Of a DNA stretch of 64,000 bases, positions 47,200-59,629 are shown one piece after another (the stretch's first letter is position 1; every line of letters begins with the position of its first letter). Origin of the DNA: Diplonema japonicum (taxonomy: Eukaryota; Protista; Euglenozoa: Diplonemea); the NCBI GenBank assembly GCA_964019335.1, contig OZ025661.1:310001-374000 (forward strand), read 5' to 3'. The position numbers were made by a program, and so were the translations under genes. The notes beneath the pieces are model-generated. The model saw only the letters and a program-made list of their open reading frames with translations. It made no database searches and was not told where the DNA came from.

Positions 47200-48369
47200 T
47201 CAACAAATCACGCAACATTTCGTGTCTTTCTCCTCCTTGTCCTTTTTGCCCCTCTTATTATTTTCTTTGACACTCTTGGGCTCGGAGTCCACCGACGACT
47301 TCCCACTGCTGCTGGCAACAACAGATACTGTTTCTTCCTCTTGATTCTCGTCTTCAGATGATTCTGACCCGCTAGCTGCTATATGCTTCAAGAACGCAGC
47401 TGTCAAAGAATGCCCGTGTGCCGTTGCAGTAGCTTGCAGCCCTTCGATCAAGTCGGAGTGAAGCCCGGAAATCAGCTCCTTGAAAATCGCAAGGTGCGTC
47501 ATATCAGCGTAACTAGGACTCTTCAGAAAATCAGACAATAATGAAGCACTGCTCCAGCTGTTCAGTTCTTGATACGGTGCAATGGTGTGGTAAGTGTGCA
47601 GCTTGCACTCATAAGCCAGCGACTGCAACACCTTCGGAGGAAGCACCCCTACAAGGCCATGAGTGGCAAGCAACGAAATCGTATTGTTGCTCGCATCCAG
47701 AACAATATCGCTGACCTGTTCCTGAGACAGGGTTATTTTGAATCCTCGAGCACCGGATATTTTTAGAATCACCTTGACAGAGTCCAACCTTGGCCCGAAG
47801 GAGGCTTCGTATAAGCACTCTGCTAGTACCTTTTCTGTTAAAACTTCATTCAAGAGTCCAAGGACAGGTTCTAACCCTTTTGCGTCTGGCATGTAGTGAG
47901 TGAGGATGAAGAGGACGTCCCTGTCGTCCACGAAGTGCTCCTTGTCGTTGACAAAGGAGCGGAACATCAGGGCTTTTATGGGTTGTGTCATTGTTTGGCA
48001 TAAGTCTGAGCCGCGGAGTCTCACATTGCCGTGGGATAGTATTGCGGCTACCATTTCGAGGTCGCCCCTGCGGACGGCGAGGCTTAAGGGGCAGTGGCCC
48101 CATACGTCCTTTCGTTCGGACTTCATCCCTGCCTGCATTAGTGTCACAGCCAGCGTTTTGTTCCCCTTCAGTACCGCGACGTGCAACGGCGTCTCCAGCG
48201 TCTCCCCGTAGCTGTCGTTCACATCCCTTCCCCTCCCCTGTATAAGGTCTATCACCATCTCCGGAGGGGAGCTTATCTGGCCTGAACAATGCATTATTTT
48301 GTTGTTCAGGACCTTGTACTCTAACGGCGAGAGGGGCGACCGGGGTGGTTCCGCGTCTTTTTCGGGCAT
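47200..48369 (-). CDS. Ankyrin-repeat protein, 389 aa, with polybasic tail and C-terminal CaaX-like motif
   Basis: ETPLHVAVLKGN..., GHCPLSLAVRRGDLEMVAAIL; ends KRGKKDKEEKDTKCCVIC*. Confidence 0.88.
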   Translation of the reverse strand: MPEKDAEPPRSPLSPLEYKVLNNKIMHCSGQISSPPEMVIDLIQGRGRDVNDSYGETLETPLHVAVLKGNKTLAVTLMQAGMKSERKDVWGHCPLSLAVRRGDLEMVAAILSHGNVRLRGSDLCQTMTQPIKALMFRSFVNDKEHFVDDRDVLFILTHYMPDAKGLEPVLGLLNEVLTEKVLAECLYEASFGPRLDSVKVILKISGARGFKITLSQEQVSDIVLDASNNTISLLATHGLVGVLPPKVLQSLAYECKLHTYHTIAPYQELNSWSSASLLSDFLKSPSYADMTHLAIFKELISGLHSDLIEGLQATATAHGHSLTAAFLKHIAASGSESSEDENQEEETVSVVASSSGKSSVDSEPKSVKENNKRGKKDKEEKDTKCCVIC

Positions 48370-48465
48370 TTCTTTTTATTTTTTTATTTTTTTTTTTAAA
48401 GATTCCCCCTCCCCCTCCCCCCTCAACCGCCTCCTGTTTGAATGAATAAATAAAGTTTTCCTTGG

Positions 48466-48492
<27 letters not shown>

Positions 48493-48496
<4 letters not shown>

Positions 48497-49530
48497 TCCA
48501 ACGGAGCTGGTTTGGTGTCCTTTCCCTCCTCCCACCCGAGTCTTGTAAGGAGCTCCGATGCGGGTTTTCTCTCGCCGGGGTCCCATTTTAAAACATCGAC
48601 GACACACTGTAGAACATCACCTGCGTAGGGTGCTGCTTCCGACGAACTTTGCAAGGTTTTCAGTAGTGCTTGAGGAGAGTACTCGGGGTACCCACGAGAG
48701 ATCTCGCTGAACCGGGGATAGTCAGAAGAGGTACGGGGAGGGTATTCCGCAGGCCTTCCGACCACACCGAGAAACGTCTCGATAAGGGGTTCACAGTTCC
48801 GGAATGGCTCGCCGCGTTTTGTCTCGGGCACTACAGAGCTGTGGAAGAGTACTTTACCACAACAAAGCTCGTAAAGTATACACCCTGCGGACCATAAATC
48901 AAACGCAGGTGTGTAATACGACACACCGCATATCACCTCGGGGGCTCTGTACCAAAGCGTCCCGGGGACTCCTTCTCGGAAAATGGGGTGATGTTGGTTT
49001 TGGAACTCCCTGGCCCACCCGAAATCGATGATCTTTACAACCCCAGTGTTCGTCAGCATGATGTTCGCTGGTTTCAAGTCCCTGTGAAAGAACCCGTTCA
49101 CGTGAATGCAGTTGATCCCCCGCAACACCTGCCCTGCTATGGAATTCATGAGGGTCCCGTTCATTCTTATTTTCGTGGTTCTGTAGCACCTTACTAGGTA
49201 TGCGTGGAGGTCTGTTGTGAGCAGAGGCAGGTACATGAGAACAGAAACAGGGTCCAGTTTGAAGGTAACCCTCTCGATGTTAATGATGTTTGTGTGGTTC
49301 AGGCAGTTTACCGCCCTTAGCTCCCACAGCAGAGTGGGGTCCACGCCGGAGATGCCGTTCTTGCCCGCGTTGATGTGGAGCTGCTTTATGGCGCAGGACC
49401 TGCCTGTTTTCTTTTCCTGGCCTTTATACACCACGCTGAAACCTCCTTTCCCAACCTGACCCTTGGGGTCGTACCGCTGTTGGAGGGCGGTGAACTTTCT
49501 GTGTACTTTGTGTTTTGCTTTGGGATTCAT
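48493..49530 (-). CDS. CMGC / cyclin-dependent-kinase-like protein kinase, 345 aa
   Basis: GKGGFSVVYKG, AIK, PTLLWE (PSTAIRE position), HRDLKPAN, DFG, TLWYRAPE, DLWSAGCI, DPGER. Confidence 0.88.
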
Positions 49531-49549
49531 TCGAGCATTTTTTTTTTAA

Positions 49550-51330
49550 CCCATAACACTCCAAGGCGCAAATATTTGTCCTTTTGAAAAATCGTTTTTT
49601 TCTCAGTACTTTTTCGTCCCCACGACCCCTGGATCTCCAAGAACGACTATAGTGAGGAGTTATTTTCAACTGCAATTCATGCTGCGCTGCATCACTTTAC
49701 CTTGTTATCCACCCACCAAGTGGGTCCCAAATCCGAGTAGATAGGCTAAAAACGCAAAATAACGGGTGTGCATACTGTGCCCAAATTGTTCCCAAAAAAC
49801 GCAAAGGTAAAGCCAAAACAGCTACGGACGAGGTCCAACCTTCATGGGTAAGGGAGTTGGTACCCATAGAGACCATAAAATAGGCCAGTGGGGAGAAAAA
49901 AAGCTGTCCCGTGGTACGCAGAAACCTGACGACGCAAAATGGTTATTCCTTCGGTTTTTTTATAAGAAGCTAACAGACGTCATCCAAGAAGAGACAAACA
50001 AGCAAAAGGACGCTGAGATTGATAAAATTTCGACCCAGGACTCCACCGCTTACTCGGATTGAGCATTGCGATGGGTTTACGGCGTGCCCAGAATCAGCAG
50101 TCGTATTGGTCCACAGGACCCATGAAAATCCCTTTTTCAGTAACACGATGCCCAGGAGACGCTACTGGGAAATCAAAAGTAGCCTCCACTTCACTCACAC
50201 AGAAGAGTCAAACGGTGATGTGTTGTGAAGATACGAGGGTTTCTGGACAGAATTGGTGACAAGTGGGCAAAAGCAGCAGTGCCAGGAAAATAATTAAGCA
50301 TTGACGAGACACTCGTACCTTCACGGGGCAATTGGGGACTGCGGGTCTACTGTCCTTTCAAGCGTAAAAGATATGGCATAAAAATCTACTGCCTAAACTG
50401 CGTGAGCACGGGTTATCTTTTGCGTTTTCACATCCACGCCACCAAAATCGAGGGGCACGCACTTGAAGATTTCAGTGTTGTGGAAAAAGCGGGGCTGGGG
50501 TTAACAGAGCCTTTCCGGGGAAATGACAACACGGTAGTTTGCGATAGCTACTTTTTGACTGTGGGTCTGGCCGAAGCCCTGTGAAATAACTGTGAGGGGC
50601 TTGCATTTCGTTGGGTGTTGCGGACTCTTCTGGTGGACCCTAGAAGTGACAATAGTTAACTGCCATGCACTTCAAATAAAATATGGTTCAGGGATGCCAA
50701 AGAGATACACAACCCTGGCTGCTTTAAAGAGCGCTTTCGAGAGAGCCTAATTGATGGGTCCAGCGTTGCAAAAACACCACTCCCGGCACCCAACTAGTGG
50801 AGCACACACACCCGATACCCCAGATTACACCAGACGTGACAGCTAGCACTCAAAGGGGGCACCTCCAGGGTCTGCAGGTTGAAAGAATGCACAAAACGCA
50901 CAATCTACAAATGCTACACCTGAAACCAACACCTCTGTCCAAATAAGTGCTTTTTTCGTACCACTCTTCCGTCACCCCAAAAAGGCCTCTTGACGATTTC
51001 GAGGCCGATATTCCACCCGCAAATAGGCACTTCTCTCGGTCTGAGACATCTGAGGGGTCCTGATGCTGCCTTTTTTGTCCCAGGATGCTCAATTTACACC
51101 CCCCCGTGCACAACCCATTTTGACATGGTCGTTTTTGAACACCCTACGGCCATTCAACTCTTCATCCCCTTTGTATTTTTATTGATTTTTGAACTTTTTT
51201 TTTAATTTTCTTGGTCCAAAAAACCCGTTTTACCTGCAAACGGGGGTTGAATGCTGCCATTTTCCCCCTCAAATTATGAAAAGGAGCAAAAAAGGGACCC
51301 CTATGTAGATAGGCCCCGGAGTGTTACGGG
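49550..51330 (+). mobile_element. piggyBac DNA transposon, decayed transposase, both ends intact
   Basis: TTAA at 49546-49549 and 51331-51334. TIRs CCCATAACACTCC / GGAGTGTTACGGG match 12/13. Transposase fragments across frames: IQEETN, IAMG..YWS, MPRRRYWEIKSSLHF, SIDETLVPSRG..KRYGIKIYCL..TGYLLRF, VVCDSYF, plus a Cys-rich C-terminus. Frameshifts, stops and an internal deletion are present. Confidence 0.92.
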
Positions 51331-52838
51331 TTAAAAAAAAAAAAACGAAAACCCTGTGTGTTTGGGTGAACATGAGGAATAACAAATTGGGGAGGGAGGG
51401 GGGGGGATGGTTTAATAATGCACACACATACGGAAGAGAAAGTAAAAAAAAAAGAAAAAAAAGAGAGAAATGGCGTGTTTTTTTTGGTTTTGTTTGAGTA
51501 AAAATAGGGGGGGGGGGGGAGGGGGGGGCACGGGGAGGGGATATGAGTGGGGTGTGAGCGAGAGAAGGAAGAAAAGAAAAGTGCTTTTTTTCTTGGTTTG
51601 TTTGGAGTTGCTTTCTTTTTTTTTTGTTTGCTCTTTTTTTTTCCTCTTTTTTTTCTTTATTCTTTTTTTTTTTATTACTTTTTTTAGGAGGGAAGAAAAA
51701 GTGGCTCTCCTTTTACTCCTTTTCTTGTTGTTTGTTCTTTTTTTTTTCTTATGTACTTCTCAAAAAAAAGGGGGAGGGGGGAAGGGGCTGGGTTCTAAAA
51801 TAGAACAAAAATAAATAGAAAAAAAAATCGGAAAACTAGTATAAAAAAAAAACCCCCCCATTACCTTGGTACCTCCCTATTTTTTTTGAATCCGTTCTTT
51901 CTTTTTTTTCTTGCCAAGCATTAGCAGGATGACATAAACAAAAAACTTTTTTTTTTAATATAGACTTATTAAAGAAGCAGCCTTACTCATGCATTGTGTA
52001 GCTCTTTTTGTACTCTAATCTAACCTGTTTTAGCCCTTTTTTACGAGGTACTTCAGAAAAAACTGCTGCGGCAAGATTAGAGATGCGAAGGGCACCAAAC
52101 TGGGAGTGAATAAAAGAGCTTTTTTTTTTTTTCTTTTCTTTTTTTTTTCCCCTCTTCTTTTTCTTTCCTGTCCCCCCCCGTAAGGGAAACCAGTGGGATA
52201 TGTAGTTTTGTATGGAATAAAAATATCTTTTTTTCCCTTCCTTGAAAAAAGTAAAGAAAAAAAATATGAGGGATGGGGGGAAGGGGGGCAGGTAATAACA
52301 ACCTGCTGTAAGCCTCTTAATTACTTATCCTGGAAAAAAAAGGGAGGGGGGGCACACATGGTTTTTATTATCCGGGCAGAATAAAAAAGATTTAAAAGGA
52401 ATACAGTATCTTATAGCAAGTAAGGGGGGGGACAGAAACTTTTTTTACTTGCTCATGCCATAATTTTGATTCTTTTTGTATACTTCTTCTTATTTGTACA
52501 AACCGAAAAACAACATGGAAGAAATGACGAAAAGCTTCTCTGGAGAAAATACTGCTACGCAGAAAAATAAAAAAAAAAAAAAAAAATAATAAATAAAAAA
52601 AGAGGAACTGGCCGTTGTTTGTACGTGCCGGGTAAAACCTGGAGAAGTTTGTCAACCCGAAACACGTTGCCAACGTTCCCCTTTTGTTTAGACAGTCAAA
52701 GACTCGTTCTTGCAGAAAAAAACAGGGAGGAAAACCAAGGCCACCTAAACATCACGGGGGAGGATTCAGATCCCCAGCACTATCTTTCCGATAGTTTTCT
52801 TTTTTCCTAAAAAAACGCTTCTTCTTTTAAAGGGGAAG

Positions 52839-52870
<32 letters not shown>

Positions 52871-54236
52871 ATTCCACTTTTTCACAGTACCACGTATAAA
52901 TAAAAGGGTAACCTCAGTGAAATTTGGGTGTTTTTTTCAAAAATCTCTCTTTCTATTTTTTTTAGTCCCTTGGTGATCAACGGGAGTGTAAACCCCCCTC
53001 TCTCTCTCTCCCTCCCCCCCCTTTTTTTTGAAACAAAAAAAAAAAAACAACCTTTTCGGTTTAACCCGATACACTACCGTCCTAATCACACTTTTTCTTT
53101 TAAAAAAAAAAGAAATTCCGGATCTTTGTTGTTTGTTTCTTCTTCCCTTCTTTATCTTAGAAGCCCAAGGTATTATGTACAGAAGTAGGGCCCCTTTCTT
53201 GTTTTTTTTTCTTTTTCTTCTTCCCTTTCTTCCTTTCTTCTTCTTTTTACTTTCCACGAAAAAGGCCGAAAGCAACAGCACGGGGGGGGGGGGGGGGGGG
53301 GATGGGAGAAAGAAAAAAAAAAGATAAAGGAGACATCAGTGTCCCGCTAAGAGTTGAGATCGCACACTCAAAGAAAAAAAAAAAAAACAAGAAAAAGAAG
53401 AAAGAAAGAAGAAAAGCACAACAAAAAAAAAAGAGAACGTACATCACGGGAGTCCTTCCCCTTTCCACAGGCAAGTCTGTTTTGTTTTCTCTCTTTTTTT
53501 TTGTTTTTTTTTTTTGCTTGACGATGCGTTACTTTTCTATTACCCTGAAATACTTGTCTTTCACACACGCCCTTTTCCCCTTCTCTTTCTTTTTCTTTCC
53601 TTTCTCTTTTTTTTTTTGATTTTTTTTTTTGCTTGATGGTTTTTTTTTTTCTTCTTCTTTTTTTTTTTTTCCTCGCTTTTTATTTTTTCTCTTCTTTCCT
53701 TTTTTTTTTCTTTCCTTTTTTCTGGTTTCCCAAAAAAAGGGGGGAGGGGGGGGGGAATCTTTTAAACTCTTAAAGGATGGGAATTAAAAAAAAAAAAAAG
53801 AAGAGGGAGTAACCGATATTTAATAGGGAAATACAGTTCCCAAAGTCCAATGCGATTGGCCTTGAGCCAAAATCGATATTTTCGGAGACACCAAATAGCC
53901 TTAACTCAAAGTCCTACTTCACATTTCTTTTTTTTTTTTTGGTTTTCAATTCCCACACTTTAAGGGTTAAAAGAAAATAGAATAGTAACAGGAAGAATAT
54001 AAAGATGCCAAAGTGATCATTAGTCCCCCCCCCCCCCCCTTCCCTCTTTTTAAGGAAAAGAAATTATTGTAACAAATTGAATAGATGGGGAAAGGGGAAA
54101 AAGAATAAAACGAATAAAAATAATGGAAAAAGAAACCGGAGGGGGAAAGGGAAGGGTTGTTCCCCAAATGTAAATAAAAAAAAAAAAAAGAAAGAAACAA
54201 AAAAAAAAGTCTTAGCTCAGAACTACGGTCTGAGAT

Positions 54237-54293
<57 letters not shown>

Positions 54294-55071
54294 CGTATTT
54301 TTTTTTCTATTCTTCTTTCGTCGAAGGGCGTGAGGAAAAGGGTACAAGAAAAAAAAGAAGGAAGGGGAAAGACAGAGGAGGAGTCGTTATACTTCATACT
54401 CTTAAAGTTCCCCCTTTTTTTTCTTTCTTTTTTTTTTTTTTTTTTTTTTTTTTGGAAATATACTTTTTTTTTTTTAAATTTTACCAGTGGCTTTTGTCCT
54501 TCTCGCAAAGGATTAATCTGTTTTCTTTTTCTTTTTTCAGAAAAGAGGAACGAGAGAGAAAAAAAAAAAAGGGTGCGGGAAGAAAGAAAACAGGAATCAA
54601 AGCGAGTACAGGCGAAGGAGAAAAGTGCAAAAGTATGTATAATAGAAAACACGCCAATAGCCAATCAAATTCGCTATTCCCCCCCCCCCTTTTTTTTCTT
54701 GTCACAACTCAGTCTTCAAGTTACCTTGTGACAAATAGCGAAAATAACGTGACCATAAAAAAAAATGGAAATGGTTGCGGTTGATTACCTCCTTTTTTTT
54801 GACCCCCCCGTCCCCCCCCCCCCCCCCCCCCATTGGATATCAGGCTCTTAAGAACATGGAGAATTGCCCCTTAAGGTACATACCAAAAAGGAATAATAAT
54901 TTTTTTTTACTTGTTTGTTCATTTTGTTATCCACACTCTGGGGGGGGGGGGGGGGGATCCCTTTATAAACCGGAGGGGCAAAAATAAAAAAGAGAAGAAG
55001 AAACAAATAAAGATTATGTGTCCCCCCCCCCCACGCTAAATTCTTTTTCCCCCCCCCTCTTCTTCCGTCCT

Positions 55072-55315
55072 CTAGTACATGTTTGGTAACGAATTGCTCT
55101 GTATTATTATTATTATTATTATTATTATTTTCTGCCCCCCCCCCTCCCCCACCTTTTTTTTTGTTTCCACCATACCATTTCAATATCTAATGCACTCACA
55201 TTTCCCCAAATATCCCCAAGTACACAAGTCGACCGCCCACCAGCAGCACAAGAAATCGGCGCCTTGGTGTTGATCGTGGAGAGGACCTCACCCGTTTCGG
55301 GGCATAAAAGGTGTA

Positions 55316-55363
<48 letters not shown>

Positions 55364-57152
55364 CCCCCATTTCCACAAGTACCTCACGTAATGAAACACA
55401 TGACAACAGCACACCGCAAGGCATGGGAACGAGCATTCTCTGCCTCGTCCGGGATTGGGAGCTGGGGGGTTTCATGAGTGTAAAGTCGGTCGGGTCTCGA
55501 TCTTCATCTTCATGAGAGGAAAGTTTTCTGCACCCGAAACCGGAGTAAGCGGAGGTTTTGGGAGACGGGGTGACACTCTTGTTCGCATCTGAGGTTTCCT
55601 CGGGGTTCTGCGAACCGTCCTCTGCAGACTCCGCGTCCTCTGCAGCTTCTTTCTCCGCTTCAGCCTTCGCAACACTCCACATCACAGCTTCGCTGTCTAA
55701 ATGCTTCGTCCACACCGGAGTATAAACGTGCTGTTCATGATCCACTTCCCATACTCGTGTGAACCGTTCGTCAGCAGACAACAATCGAGTTGCGGACATG
55801 TAATGAACAGTTCGCATTGTAATCATGTGGGAGGAGATACGCTTGTGGATTTCACCGGATTCTGCGTCCCATATAAGAAGGTGTCCTCCTTTATCACCGG
55901 AACAAATTGTTTTGTTGTCGGGGTGGAATGTCAGGGTGATGACAGGGTGTTTGTGTCCCATAAACGCTTGGACTTGTTTCGGGCCATCAGACAGCCACAC
56001 TGCAACTTGGCCACATGTGATGCCATCATCGTCAATGTCTTCTCCGCACGTTGCCACGTATCTGCCATCGTTAGAACAGCGAACTTGGAAAAGCCGCCCC
56101 GTTGGGTTGAACTCGGCGCCTACTTCGAACGTTTTATGGATTTTCATCTTCCCCATATGCCACAGGAAGACAGAGCCTTCAGATGAGCAGGATATGAGAT
56201 GTTGATCGTCAACTGAGAATAACATGTCTGCGGTTGCTTCTGGATCGAAGCCTTTTTGTTTTAACATTCCAATAGTCATCCCCGTTCGAAGGTCGACGCA
56301 TCGCACAATCCGTGCAATGGCATCGGCTTTGACTTTCATTGTAACGCTTCCCGCTGATGATGCTCGGCCTGGGATCTGTCCTAAACCCACCGCACCGACG
56401 TTTGACGACCTCGATGCACCAGCTCCTGGTCCGCCGATATTATTTACGAGTAATGGCCCGTCACCAGTCGGTATGTTCTTCCCCCTTGACATTGCCACTG
56501 TTACAAGTCGGTCGTCTGATGATATTGCTACAGACGCGATTGACTTCAAATACCCTCCTATCGGCCGCATTGTCACCGATTTAAAGCGAGGTTTTTTCAA
56601 CCTTTTTTTGATGATGTCAGCGGAGGTGGTGTCGCTGAGCTCCAAGGTGTGGTTTTCGTAAGTATTGAGAATGGAACTCTTCTCTTGTTCCGTGAGGTTC
56701 AAACCGAAACGGGGTATGAAATCTGACACCACCGAAACCGCCAATCCTTGAGTCCCGTCTTTCGGGGGGCCCCTTTCTACCGTCACCATACCTTTTGATA
56801 TTAATTTGAAGTCTTCGTAACCCAGTTCCTTTGGGTCTGTTTTTATCATCAGCCGGGTTTTAGGTAGTGTGTACATTGTTGTGCTCAGGGCTGAGTTTAC
56901 AGCAAGGTCCTGCATGGTTTCAACTTTGTCGAACATTTTTGGGTGGTCCTTCCGGGGGCTGGATTTGCCGGCGTCCTTCTTCTTTTTCTTCTTGATGGCG
57001 TTGGGAGAGGGGAGTGTGTTGTTCCCCAGCCTCGGCGAGGTGGATGGGGATCCGTCCACCCCGCCTTTGCTGTTGTCCACGTACTTCATGGAGCTTTCTT
57101 TATTCGCGACCGTCTCGACATTGGACGCCCCTGAGCTACTTCCACACCCCAT
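55072..57152 (-). CDS. WD40-repeat protein with N-terminal myristoylation/palmitoylation motif; predicted exons 57152-55383, 55316-55176, 55098-55072 (~645 aa)
   Basis: MGCGSSS start; WD repeats (GHKHPVITLTFHPD..SGDKGGHLLIWD, SH..SADERFTRVWE). Splicing GT-AG intron 55382-55317 restores a propeller-like tail (VHLLCPETGEVLSTI..GDIWGNVSALDI). The second intron and last exon are less certain. Confidence 0.85.
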
Positions 57153-57272
57153 CTAGGGGCAAATGAGATTTTTTTTTCTTTTTTTTTTTTTTATGGAGCA
57201 CCTGGTGGGTTTTTTTTTCAATTCCAGTTTAAAAAAAAAAAAAAAAAAAAACACTAAAAACACTTCCCCCCC

Positions 57273-57623
57273 TTACAAAACGTCAAGGGTGATGTTGGTT
57301 GACACCTCGCGGGTCGGCGGAGGGGGTGCCGTTCCGTAAGGTACTTCCCTTACCTCGTAGTCCATCCGCTCTAATTTGTAGGTCAAAATTCTCTCCTTTG
57401 CGTCTTGCTGGTACAGCTCGTTAACCACCCCGCCAATACCGCTTTTCTTTGAATCAAACTTCCAGTCCGGGTCGTACTTCTGATTGCTGTTGCGCTCCAT
57501 GGATCGGGTCATCACAGGGCTCTTTTTGTCGCCCATTTTTGCAGTGGGAAGCCCAGGGTAATTATCCTGATACATTTGTGTCATACACAGCCGCCGTTGC
57601 TTCCGGAGCACCGTTCGTAGCAT
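57273..57623 (-). CDS. Small hypothetical protein, 116 aa, with a mitochondrial-presequence-like N-terminus
   Basis: ATG after poly-A; MLRTVLRKQRRLC is Arg/Leu-rich with no acidic residues; coding-like composition. No family recognised. Confidence 0.7.
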   Translation of the reverse strand: MLRTVLRKQRRLCMTQMYQDNYPGLPTAKMGDKKSPVMTRSMERNSNQKYDPDWKFDSKKSGIGGVVNELYQQDAKERILTYKLERMDYEVREVPYGTAPPPPTREVSTNITLDVL

Positions 57624-57800
57624 TTTTTTTTTTTTTTTTTTTTTCCCCGTTCTCCTCACCCTCCCCCCCCCCCCCCCCGTTCCTTTTTTTTTATTGTTTA
57701 CATTTTTGTACATAAAAAAAAAACAGGGTCGCCCGACACCCTTCTTTTTTTTTCTTCTTGGAAAAGATGAAAAATCACGAAGCGGTCTCCCCTTCATTTT

Positions 57801-58592
57801 TCAGTGAACCACAAAACTGGTTTTCTCAGGGGCTTTCACACGTGCGCCATGCGACTCCAGTAGCTTCACGATGTTTCTGTGATGGCTGTGCCATGCCATC
57901 TTCAAGGCGGACCACCCGCTGTTGCTAGTCTCCCGCACATCCGCACCGCTCTCAATAAGCTTCTCCACAATATCATAATGCCCTGCTTTACAAGCGTATA
58001 TAAGGGGAGTCCAGCCCTTGGTGTGCACGGAACAGTCGGCGCCGTTGTCTAGAAGCTTCTCCAGGATGGGGAGGTTGCCGTGGCTTGCTGCAGACATAAG
58101 AGCGGTGCACCCGTTGTTCATTCGTTGGTTTACGTTCGCACCTTTTTCTATGCAGTAGTTGAGCAGATCCTTGTCGTTGGAGTTGGATGCTGTGATGAGT
58201 GCGCACCACCCTTCGCTGTAGTGCTTGGCATTGATATCTATGCCTGCTCTGATGAAGGTGTCTAGTAGAGGGATGTCACCGGCCTTTGCGGCTTTTAACA
58301 TTTCATCGGCTGTGATAGCAAGTTTCATTGTTTTCAGTTCTTCTGCTGCGTTGTAGCGGGTGTTGCCCTCGATCGTGAGGGTGGCCACGTCGCCGAGGAG
58401 TTCCATGATGTGTTTGGTGGCCACGGGTATCAGGTCGCTCAGGGTTTTGCCGTCACCCCACACCCACCTCTGGTATTTTTCCTCGTGAAAACCCGCTGCC
58501 TGAATCTTGAGAGCGAACTCTTTCACCGTGGTCTCGTCATCCATCGTTATCTCCGATTCTGTCTCACCGTCGCTCACCGTGATTGTCTGCAT
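57801..58592 (-). CDS. Ubiquitin-like domain + ankyrin-repeat protein, 263 aa
   Basis: N-terminus MQTITVS..ITMDDETTVKEFALKIQ..QRWVWGDGKTLSD follows the ubiquitin pattern; 4-5 ankyrin repeats (GWCALITAS, GCTALMSAA, GWTPLIYAC, GWSALKMA). Confidence 0.85.
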   Translation of the reverse strand: MQTITVSDGETESEITMDDETTVKEFALKIQAAGFHEEKYQRWVWGDGKTLSDLIPVATKHIMELLGDVATLTIEGNTRYNAAEELKTMKLAITADEMLKAAKAGDIPLLDTFIRAGIDINAKHYSEGWCALITASNSNDKDLLNYCIEKGANVNQRMNNGCTALMSAASHGNLPILEKLLDNGADCSVHTKGWTPLIYACKAGHYDIVEKLIESGADVRETSNSGWSALKMAWHSHHRNIVKLLESHGARVKAPEKTSFVVH

Positions 58593-59078
58593 TTTTTTTC
58601 CCCTCCCCCTGTTTTTGTTTTTTAGTTGCCGGGGGAAAAAAAAATTAAGGGAAATAAAAAAAAAAAGAGATTTTCTTTTTTTTTTTCCCCTCGTCATATT
58701 ATTGTTGTTACTTTTAACAGGGTTCAGGGCCCCCACCCCCCGAAAAAAAAGGAGAATGAGTGCGAGATGCAGGGGGGGGGGGGGGGGGGATTAAACAAAG
58801 GGGGGGTGCGGTTTCTACGAACTTTTTTAATTATTTTTCTTTTTGAACTTTAAATTTTTTTTCTTTTTCTTTTTCGTTTCTTCACCCCCTTTTTTATTTT
58901 TTTATTTTTTTCCTTTTCTTCAGAAAAGAAACGAGATAAAGTATGGGGGGGGGGGGGGGGGGGAAGCTCGAATTCGACAAAAATCGAATTAATAGTGCAT
59001 ATGATTTTACGACAAATTTATAGTGCATGGTGATCACTGTTCATAAAGCAATTCACACTAGCTAGTCACCGCTTTGCG

Positions 59079-59120
59079 GTTGCTGTTGGTGCCTGCGGTG
59101 TTGCTGTTGGTGCCTGCGGT
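59079..59120. repeat. Two perfect tandem copies of a 21-bp unit
   Basis: GTTGCTGTTGGTGCCTGCGGT x2. Confidence 0.8.
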
Positions 59121-59341
59121 GGCTGGACGGCATCTGGGCGCAGAAACGTAACATAGGTCGTGCTAGGTAGGGGGCGGTTTGGCTCGAGGAGAAGAGTTGG
59201 TCTCCTGTTGTAGCTGTGTGCCGTCAGGCTCCCCAAGGTGCGGAAGGGCTTATTTAAAAAAAAAAATAAAAAAAAAAAGGGAAAAAGAAAAAAGAAAAAT
59301 ACAATCCAAACTCACAAAACCCCAGCAGGGGTTTTTTTCCT

Positions 59342-59380
<39 letters not shown>

Positions 59381-59579
59381 CCACTTCCTTTTCGACTTGC
59401 TAAGGCCGCACCCACTAGGTGGGTTGGAAGTGTCTCGAGACGCTCACCTTTTCCTTTTAAATTCTCTTTCTTTCTTTGAAGAAGGAAAAGAAAAAAGAAA
59501 AAAGAAAAAAAAAAAAAAAAACAGAAAAATGAATAAAATAAAATTGATGATTTTTTAAAAAATTCCCCCCACTGTCCTC

Positions 59580-59629
<50 letters not shown>

